This document shows positions 29,243-36,413 of a stretch of DNA of 64,000 nucleotides, piece after piece. The notes beneath the pieces were generated by a model, which did no database searches, was not told the DNA's origin, and saw only the letters and a list, made by a program, of their open reading frames with translations. The DNA lies in NCBI GenBank assembly GCA_030065015.1, contig JASJDU010000021.1:12797-76796 (forward strand), written 5' to 3'. The stretch is from Candidatus Caenarcanales bacterium. Lineage in GTDB: Bacteria > Cyanobacteriota > Vampirovibrionia > Caenarcaniphilales > Caenarcanaceae. The first letter of the stretch is position 1. Each line of letters opens with the position of its first letter. Made by a program: the position numbers and the translations under genes.

Positions 29243-31027
29243 GTGCAATCCTCAATGTTTCAGTCTCAGACAATTAAGTTCTTTTTTGAGCAAATAAATA
29301 GATATAAAAAAGAAACGCTTTGGGGGACCTTCTTATTAGTTATTACAAACGCAATTGGGATATTGATTCCAATTCAAATAAAAAAAACTATTGATTTGTT
29401 TGTTGAACAAGGTTTAACCAATGGAGCGGTTATTTGGAATGCATTAGTGATAATAGCGGGCTTGGCATTGTTAATGGCTGTTGTGAGGATAGGATCTAGA
29501 ATCATTCTTTTTGGTGTTGGAAGGAGAATTGAATCCGATCAAAAGCAGGAATTTTTTGATCATCTTTTGAGTCTAGATATCTTGTATTTTAATTCACAAA
29601 GGATTGGCGATCTGATTTCTCGAGCAACCAATGATATTCAAGCCATTCGAATGATGATGGGTTTTGGATTGTTAAATATAATAAATATAATTTGGGTTTA
29701 TGCTCTAACCCTTCCATTGATGTTCAGTTTAAGCTTTTCCCTGACACTTTGGGTAATCATTGGTTATATCCCAGTACTGTTCTTAGTTAGGATAATAAGC
29801 CTCAGGCTGAAAACACAGCAGCAAATTGCTCAAGAGAGACTGGGTTCTTTAAGTTCTTTTATTGAAGAGGATATAAACGGAATACAAGTCATCAAGGCAT
29901 ATAGTCAAGAAAAAAGAGAAATAAGTCGTTTTAAAAAAATAAATGATGAATACTTGAAAATCTCTATTGAATTGGCCCAGTGGAGAGGAATCATATGGCC
30001 AACAATGGAACTTGCGCGAGGTGTTAGTTTTTTCATCCTATTGATTTACGTGAGTCAAGGTCTTTTAAATGCGGGAACAGTTGTAGCTTTTCTTGTCTGC
30101 TTGGAAAGGATTTTATTCCCCACCGCCATCATTGGTTGGCTCATAACAATATTTCAAAGAGGCTCTGTTAGTATCGATCGCATTAAGGAGATACTTTCTG
30201 AGAAGTCAAAAATTGTCGATCGAAAAACTCTTGATCTGGAGATTGATTTGAAAAAGGGATTGCAATTATCCGATGGCAGTATTGAAGTTAAAAATTTAAC
30301 CTTTTCATTCAAAGATGATGACAAGAGCAACCATGATTCTACAAAAGCGCTAAATAATATATCTTTAGCTATAGATGGTGGACAGTTTGTAGGAGTTGTT
30401 GGGTTGATTGGCTCGGGAAAGAGTACTTTATGCAACGCCATTTTAAGACTTCTTGATATTCCCGACAAAAGTATTTTTATTGATTCTGAGGATATATGCA
30501 GTAAGCCAATAACTTCTCTTCGCCAACATGTCTCTTTGGTTCCTCAAGAATCTTTTTTATTCAATGTTAGTGTCAAAGACAACATTGGATTCTCCGGGGA
30601 TTTTACGAAAGAAGAAATTACTCAAGCTGCGACAGATGCTCATATTCACGATGAAATCCTGAATTTCTCTGAAGGTTATGATACGGTGGTTGGGGAAAAA
30701 GGAGTTTCCCTTTCTGGCGGACAAGCTCAACGGATAGCATTAGCGAGAGCAATAATCCGCAATCCAGAAATTTTAATATTGGATGATTCAATAGCCAGCG
30801 TGGATAACGAAATTGGACTGAAGATATTGAAATCCATTCGTAAAAGATTTACTAATAAAACTCTGATTCTAGTCACTCACCGAATTTCTTCTTTGAAAGA
30901 TTCAGATGAAATCTTTGTACTAGATAAAGGGCAATGTGTTGGACAGGGTAAGCATTCCCATCTATTGAGACACAATGAAATTTATCAAAGATTGTGGAAG
31001 CAACAGAAAACAGAGAGTGCTGTTTGA
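29243..31027 (+). CDS. ABC exporter, fused permease/ATPase (MsbA/MdlB-like)
   Basis: Six-TM ABC_membrane domain, then Walker A GLIGSGKST, signature LSGGQAQR, Walker B ILILDD and an H-loop (VTHR). Confidence 0.92.
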   Translation: MQSSMFQSQTIKFFFEQINRYKKETLWGTFLLVITNAIGILIPIQIKKTIDLFVEQGLTNGAVIWNALVIIAGLALLMAVVRIGSRIILFGVGRRIESDQKQEFFDHLLSLDILYFNSQRIGDLISRATNDIQAIRMMMGFGLLNIINIIWVYALTLPLMFSLSFSLTLWVIIGYIPVLFLVRIISLRLKTQQQIAQERLGSLSSFIEEDINGIQVIKAYSQEKREISRFKKINDEYLKISIELAQWRGIIWPTMELARGVSFFILLIYVSQGLLNAGTVVAFLVCLERILFPTAIIGWLITIFQRGSVSIDRIKEILSEKSKIVDRKTLDLEIDLKKGLQLSDGSIEVKNLTFSFKDDDKSNHDSTKALNNISLAIDGGQFVGVVGLIGSGKSTLCNAILRLLDIPDKSIFIDSEDICSKPITSLRQHVSLVPQESFLFNVSVKDNIGFSGDFTKEEITQAATDAHIHDEILNFSEGYDTVVGEKGVSLSGGQAQRIALARAIIRNPEILILDDSIASVDNEIGLKILKSIRKRFTNKTLILVTHRISSLKDSDEIFVLDKGQCVGQGKHSHLLRHNEIYQRLWKQQKTESAV

Positions 31028-31032
31028 TGATT

Positions 31033-33879
31033 CTAGGCAGCAGAATTTCCTTCACTGTAAGTTTCTTTCAAGAACATAAAACCACTGTTTGCATATTTGT
31101 TACAAATCCTGTCAGCTAAATCCTTCTCTCCATAGTCATAGAGATTTTTAACTAAACCTTTAATGTTTTCTTCTTTATATGCTGGAAGATGGTCTGTATT
31201 ATTTAAAAGCTCAATAAAGATTTCCCCAGAAGTTTTTGCTTTGAACTTTTCTTTAGAGTGTTTATAAAGATATTCAATAAAAAGACTATCTCTGTCAACA
31301 CCAACTAAATACTTTGTAGAGTTCAAGATTAATTCTTTAACCCCATTAGTATCTTTAACTAAGCAAATCCATAATCCTAAATAGGGCAATAAATCTTTTT
31401 TCAGCTCAGGAGATTCTTCACAAATTTCAATTAGCTTCTTCCATAGATTTTGAATTTTCTGGTCTGGTAATTTGTCGTTTTCATATTTGTCTTGTTGATC
31501 GTTTTTTAAGCTTCTCCATGCGTAATGAATGAGTTCTTTCAACTGCTCAACCTTTTTCTCTTTTAATACAAGATTTAATAAAGAATCTGAATTATCTAGA
31601 ATCTCTCTATTTTCAATATAACCAATAAATATATGATCAATTAACCTAGCCTCATAGTTGGAAGCTATGCCTTTTGAAATGCCATTCCTTAGGGCCTTTA
31701 GAAAAATTTCTTTATCTCTTAAGAACTCAAATAAATCTTCAGGTTGGTAGATGTAATTGATATGCCCAACATAACCCTGAAAAGAAGCATTGAACAAATT
31801 GAGATCTTCTTCAGAATCAGAGTCGGGAAAAATGTTTTGTATTTGTTTCTTTACCCAAGCAGAACCTGATATCCATAAATTAGCTAAATAAAGGCCTAGT
31901 ATTGCATTTACATTAGTTGAAGGTTTCTTGTCGAAAACATCTGAAAGAATATGAAAAAGATCATTCTTAAAATTTGTATTCTTCAAACCAAAAATAATTA
32001 ATGCTTCTGCGAATTTACCTTTTGTACTATTAATTGAGTTGTCGACGTAGCTGCTACTTTGAGATAAACTAAAATCTTTTTCCAAGAGTACAAACTGCAT
32101 TTTTATTAATAATTCTGAAACAGCATTCTCTAACTGTTTAACAAACTCGTTCTCTTCGCATACAATGCCTGCTCTCAAGAAGTCTATAATTCTACTGGTT
32201 CGGACTTCTTTTTCATCTTGATCGACTAATAAGTTGACTCTATGAATGAAGTAGGAAAATATCTTTTCCAGTTCTTGAACATTTAATGATTTGTTAAGGT
32301 AAGCCTTATGAAAACCAACAATTAAACTGTCATCAACAAACCATTCTGGTGTCTTTTTTAATTCTTCAATATTATCTAAAAACTTTTGAGGGTTTTCTGC
32401 TACGTGCTGAGAAAAGAAATCTGATACATCTCCTCTTCGAAAGTCTGATGATGAGTAGTAATTGAATTTCTTTTTATAGGCCTCAAGTGTTTCTTTAAAA
32501 TCAAACTGAGAGTAATCAACAAAAGAGTCTTTTTTTCTATCTTCTTCGGTTACAGTCCAAAAATATCTCCACCAACCGGGATGTCCAGGCTCTTCGGAAC
32601 ATATTGTATTTTGCTCCTTATATTTTTTTGTTATTTCTCCTGTTAAATCCTTGAATGGATATAGCCACCATTTTATTCTTGAAGCGATTGAGATTTTTTT
32701 ATCATTTTCAGCTACCCCATCTCTAAAATCGAAATTTAGATTTTTAATCCAAGCAAGTAGTTTCCTGCTTGCCTCTGTATCAATGTTTATTTTAGAAGCA
32801 TTATCACTTAATAACATCCAGACTTCATGAGGAGCCAATAAATCATAGTTGTAGGTGCTCTGGCTTTCTTTAGCTTCTAGCTCAGGTTGTAAAGGGTTAA
32901 ATTCAAGATTCCAAAATAAATTTTTGAGCTCGCTGTAGTGTTTGTTGATCCCATGGATTGCTATTCTGAATAAAACCGAAGTTGATTGATGTTTTTCAAT
33001 GTTTAACCAGTCTTCAATTAATGGCTTAGCTTCAATTGGTTCTAACCATTCAATGTATTCTCTTAAGCAAAAAACCAGTTGATTCTCGTATTCACTCACT
33101 CCTGTATTTTGGTCACTATCTTCAATTGAACTCAGAGAGACATCCTTATCGGGGAAAGATTTGATCTGCTCAACTATATGCTCACTAAGCTCTTTTCCGC
33201 ACATGGGAAACAATTTTTCTTTGTTGTTTTTAAAGTACTCATGGAGCCAATAATTCTTTAAATAGGGGAGTATATAGCCATTATCTTCCCTATGCTGAAG
33301 TATGCATTCTTTAAATAATTTCAAAGTAGGTTGTTTTAAAGAATTTTGGATTAAAGAGGGAAGTAAAAACCTCTGTATTGAGTAGCTGTAGCTATTACTG
33401 CCCCAGTATGGCCACTTAATTATTGAAATGCAAAAATCAATGTACTTGAGTTCAATCTTTTCTGGGGGCAAATAAGAAATGCATTCAATCAATATCTTGT
33501 TAGTCCTGAGATTTGTATGAAGCTGTTTCTCGGAAGTATCTCTCTTTAATTCAAATTCAATAATCCCATCAAGTATTTTGATTATTGAATCAAGTGATTT
33601 TTCATAAAACTTGTTTTCTTTGTCTAAGTGCTTCAGTTTTCGAGCTGCTGCCAAAAGCAAGGTCATAACACGCCAATCAGGAAAGCTGTAAAACCCTTTA
33701 TTCTTCTCGTCCTCTTTTGGTTCGGGATTCTTCTCAGGATCAAAATATTCTCTTTTCTCGAATTCACTTATCCACACTTCGGGAGCTTTTATTGCAACAG
33801 ACTGTAGAAAGTTAACTAAAACGGGGTCAGGTTTTAAAGATTCAAATAATTTATCAACCTTATTAACCCACTCCTTCAT
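31033..33879 (-). CDS. 948-aa all-alpha (solenoid-like) protein; predicted partner or sensor of the upstream SIR2-like protein
   Basis: Its ATG overlaps the TGA of the SIR2 gene (ATGA, 33876-33879), with AAGGAG 8 nt upstream. No TM segment, signal peptide, P-loop or catalytic motif is recognisable. The sequence is W/Y/F/L/K/E-rich and looks helical throughout. Confidence 0.8.
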   Translation of the reverse strand: MKEWVNKVDKLFESLKPDPVLVNFLQSVAIKAPEVWISEFEKREYFDPEKNPEPKEDEKNKGFYSFPDWRVMTLLLAAARKLKHLDKENKFYEKSLDSIIKILDGIIEFELKRDTSEKQLHTNLRTNKILIECISYLPPEKIELKYIDFCISIIKWPYWGSNSYSYSIQRFLLPSLIQNSLKQPTLKLFKECILQHREDNGYILPYLKNYWLHEYFKNNKEKLFPMCGKELSEHIVEQIKSFPDKDVSLSSIEDSDQNTGVSEYENQLVFCLREYIEWLEPIEAKPLIEDWLNIEKHQSTSVLFRIAIHGINKHYSELKNLFWNLEFNPLQPELEAKESQSTYNYDLLAPHEVWMLLSDNASKINIDTEASRKLLAWIKNLNFDFRDGVAENDKKISIASRIKWWLYPFKDLTGEITKKYKEQNTICSEEPGHPGWWRYFWTVTEEDRKKDSFVDYSQFDFKETLEAYKKKFNYYSSSDFRRGDVSDFFSQHVAENPQKFLDNIEELKKTPEWFVDDSLIVGFHKAYLNKSLNVQELEKIFSYFIHRVNLLVDQDEKEVRTSRIIDFLRAGIVCEENEFVKQLENAVSELLIKMQFVLLEKDFSLSQSSSYVDNSINSTKGKFAEALIIFGLKNTNFKNDLFHILSDVFDKKPSTNVNAILGLYLANLWISGSAWVKKQIQNIFPDSDSEEDLNLFNASFQGYVGHINYIYQPEDLFEFLRDKEIFLKALRNGISKGIASNYEARLIDHIFIGYIENREILDNSDSLLNLVLKEKKVEQLKELIHYAWRSLKNDQQDKYENDKLPDQKIQNLWKKLIEICEESPELKKDLLPYLGLWICLVKDTNGVKELILNSTKYLVGVDRDSLFIEYLYKHSKEKFKAKTSGEIFIELLNNTDHLPAYKEENIKGLVKNLYDYGEKDLADRICNKYANSGFMFLKETYSEGNSAA

Positions 33880-34832
33880 AGAAGATCTCCTTCTAGAATT
33901 TCTTTCGCTAGAGACTCTGTTTCTCTGAATTTTTCGTACAGGTCAGGTTTCCAATCTTCAACCTGTTGAATCCACTCTTTTAATAAATCGATTTGCTGAT
34001 GATAGCTTTTATGAGTTTTTTCATATGGGATTGGATCAATGCCTAAGCCATGAAAATAATATTTATCAAGTTCAGTGAATTCACTTCCATTTACATCAAA
34101 ATACCCTTCTAAGGTATAGTGACTTAATGCGGTTGTATTGTTTGGATCAATTGTCATGCTTAGTAATTCAAATTCATTTAGGCTATAACCAAGAAAAAGA
34201 ATTAGACTTTTTTCGAACAACTTTTTCATGTGCTCTTTAAAATCTGATTTTGCATAAAGTTTCAAGTAATCACTTACAGTCACAATTAAGCTTTGTTGAT
34301 TATCAACATGCCCGTGCATATAGAAAACTTTAGTAGAATCGATTTTTTCAAAAAAATCGCTATTCATATCTTCCACAGAAGAGAATTCTTTTGCTCTCTT
34401 AGGAAATTCGTCTAATAAATGATTATCGTAATTTGTTGTAATAAGGTTTACAGTGAAAAATCCTTTATTCTCGATTTGATCTACTAATTTTTTTAAAGGT
34501 TTAAATATATTTTTATCTTCATCATGCTTCAAAGAGACTTTTGGTTTTAAAGCATTGCGTATGCACTCATCGAATTTTGCATCTTGGGATCCCTTTTTGA
34601 AGACGCCTTCGCAGATTGTAATTATCTTTCTACTATTATTAATAGACGTCAAATCGTTCTGCTTCCTGAAGTTTATTAGTTTTAATTCAACTGCTTTATT
34701 AAGTAATTCATGAGCAAGTTGATCCCATCCCTTGCAACCAATTAATCTGGATGTTCCGGCGCCACAAAAAATTGTGATTGGCTTTGACTCTTCTAAAGCT
34801 TTATTAAGAATTTGAGAGAAATGAAAATTCAA
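33876..34832 (-). CDS. SIR2-like (SIR2_2 family) putative NAD+ hydrolase
   Basis: Ordered motifs: IFCGAGTS (aa 22-28), ITTNYDN (N134), YMHGH (H173) and ILFLGYSL (aa 211-218). TTG start with GAAGGG 7 nt upstream, and an in-frame TAG 4 codons upstream of the start (34845-34847) bounds the ORF. Confidence 0.85.
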   Translation of the reverse strand: MNFHFSQILNKALEESKPITIFCGAGTSRLIGCKGWDQLAHELLNKAVELKLINFRKQNDLTSINNSRKIITICEGVFKKGSQDAKFDECIRNALKPKVSLKHDEDKNIFKPLKKLVDQIENKGFFTVNLITTNYDNHLLDEFPKRAKEFSSVEDMNSDFFEKIDSTKVFYMHGHVDNQQSLIVTVSDYLKLYAKSDFKEHMKKLFEKSLILFLGYSLNEFELLSMTIDPNNTTALSHYTLEGYFDVNGSEFTELDKYYFHGLGIDPIPYEKTHKSYHQQIDLLKEWIQQVEDWKPDLYEKFRETESLAKEILEGDLL

Positions 34833-34850
34833 AATTAAACCCTTCTAATA

Positions 34851-34878
34851 TTGACAAATTTTATCAGTCGTTATAGGT
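34851..34878 (+). promoter_or_regulatory. Candidate sigma70-type promoter for the ImmA-like gene
   Basis: TTGACA (34851-34856), a 16-nt spacer, then TATAGG (34873-34878), in the 213-bp divergent intergenic region. The -10 element is weak and there is no experimental support. Confidence 0.25.
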
Positions 34879-35045
34879 AAATCCTGCACTCTCATAAAAT
34901 TTATGCTTATGGTCCAAATTTCAAAAAGTTTTTTTACAACCCAAACATTTGATAAATAAAAAGTGGATAAGTATACGGACTAAAGAATGGTTTGAGGGTA
35001 AAATAGACATAAGAATGTATTGGCCTAATACAAAAATTTCTCATT

Positions 35046-35561
35046 ATGGTTGTAACCCTTAACAAAAAACAGAATATAGAGAAAGAAACAGAAAACATTT
35101 TGCAAGCCATTTACGGCTCTATTGATTGTGTTGAATTGCCGATTGATTTGAATTATGTTTTAAAGTTTACAGGTTTAGAATTAATCCGTTTTACACCAAA
35201 CGATCCGAATTTAGAACATAAAGAGCTCTTTCAAGATGTTTTAGGAGCATATAGTAGAACGGGAAAAGCAATATTCATTCGAGATGGGCAAATACCTTCT
35301 CGTGAGGCTTTTACAATTGCACATGAAATTGGACATCATATCCTACATGAAGATATACATTTCAGAACTGATAATTTCAATTATATTGACGAAGAAATTG
35401 AAAAAGAGCAAGAGGCTAACTATTTTGCGGCTAGTCTTTTAATGCCGGACTGTTTAGTGAAAAAATATAAAGTAGATTATGGTGGTGACCTTGAAAAAAT
35501 ATCACTGATTTTTGGGGTATCCAAACAAGCAATGCAAATTAGACTCAGTAATTTAGATTAA
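35046..35561 (+). CDS. ImmA/IrrE-family (DUF955/COG2856) zinc metallopeptidase
   Basis: HEXXH motif in the typical context FTIAHEIGHHILH, plus the downstream E(Q)EANYFAASLLMP motif characteristic of ImmA/IrrE peptidases. Confidence 0.88.
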   Translation: MVVTLNKKQNIEKETENILQAIYGSIDCVELPIDLNYVLKFTGLELIRFTPNDPNLEHKELFQDVLGAYSRTGKAIFIRDGQIPSREAFTIAHEIGHHILHEDIHFRTDNFNYIDEEIEKEQEANYFAASLLMPDCLVKKYKVDYGGDLEKISLIFGVSKQAMQIRLSNLD

Positions 35562-35595
35562 TCAATTCGATAATTAAGCAAATACTTAGTGGCTT

Positions 35596-35931
35596 ATGGC
35601 TCAAATTACAGAAGAAAAACAAAATAATCAACAACTACAAGAGAATGCACTTTTGGCTTATCAAGAAAAAAGTCAAGAATTAGCAAGAGCCGAGCGTAAT
35701 CATAGACATGAACTTAGAATACGTGGTTTTATGTTAAAAACAGCAGTTCTCACCGGCTGTATAGTTGTATCTACCGTTATTATTTTTTCTTTAATTAGCC
35801 TATTAATATGGGGGAATGAATCCAAGTGGCAAACAGTTTATGACTCATTATTAGCAATGTTGTCTTACATCTGGACTGCAATTGGAGCCGGAGCAGTAGG
35901 CTTGATCTTTGGAAAGAAAATGAAGGGTTAG
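35596..35931 (+). CDS. Small membrane protein (two predicted TM helices), unknown function
   Basis: Polar coiled N-terminus of about 45 aa, then helices AVLTGCIVVSTVIIFSLISLLIW and LLAMLSYIWTAIGAGAVGLIF. It starts 34 nt downstream of the ImmA-like gene on the same strand. Confidence 0.6.
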   Translation: MAQITEEKQNNQQLQENALLAYQEKSQELARAERNHRHELRIRGFMLKTAVLTGCIVVSTVIIFSLISLLIWGNESKWQTVYDSLLAMLSYIWTAIGAGAVGLIFGKKMKG

Positions 35932-35941
35932 ATCTCAATCT

Positions 35942-36334
35942 TTACTTTGCATCCAAGGCAAATTCTTGAAGAATATTCAAAGGAACATATTCCAATGCTT
36001 TTTCATGAGTCGCTTCCAAAATAACCGGAGGAGCAAAACCATCCAAATAAGCTTCTTTCCATCTTGATGCACAAAGACACCATTTGTCACCAGCTTTGAG
36101 TCCTGGAAATCCCCACTGAGGAGCAGGTGTGCTAAGGTCATTACCTCTTCCCTTGCTATATTCAAGAAACTCTTTTGTTACTTTTGCACAAACAACATGT
36201 ACTCCCATATCCTCTTGAATAGTTCTGCAAAAACCATCTCTAAAAAAGCCCGTCACTGGATCTTGGCAACAACTCAACAAATTACCACCCAAAACATTCT
36301 TCTCACTCATTGTAAATTCTTCATAATTGTTCAA
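35942..36334 (-). CDS. DUF2237-family protein
   Basis: NVLGGNLLSCCQDPVTGFFRDGFC, HVVCA and GDKWCLCASRW match the conserved Cys-rich DUF2237 pattern. Confidence 0.9.
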   Translation of the reverse strand: MNNYEEFTMSEKNVLGGNLLSCCQDPVTGFFRDGFCRTIQEDMGVHVVCAKVTKEFLEYSKGRGNDLSTPAPQWGFPGLKAGDKWCLCASRWKEAYLDGFAPPVILEATHEKALEYVPLNILQEFALDAK

Positions 36335-36413
36335 AATGAATAAAAATAATTGTAATGAAGAGCTTATAAACTTTCACAAGCCAATTAATTAATTGAGCTT
36401 TAAAATTACTTGA

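Noticed and set aside
31033-35931. Prophage or integrative element carrying the SIR2 islet
   Set aside because: No integrase, recombinase, structural phage genes, att-like repeats or tRNA are at the borders. ImmA alone is not diagnostic of a prophage.
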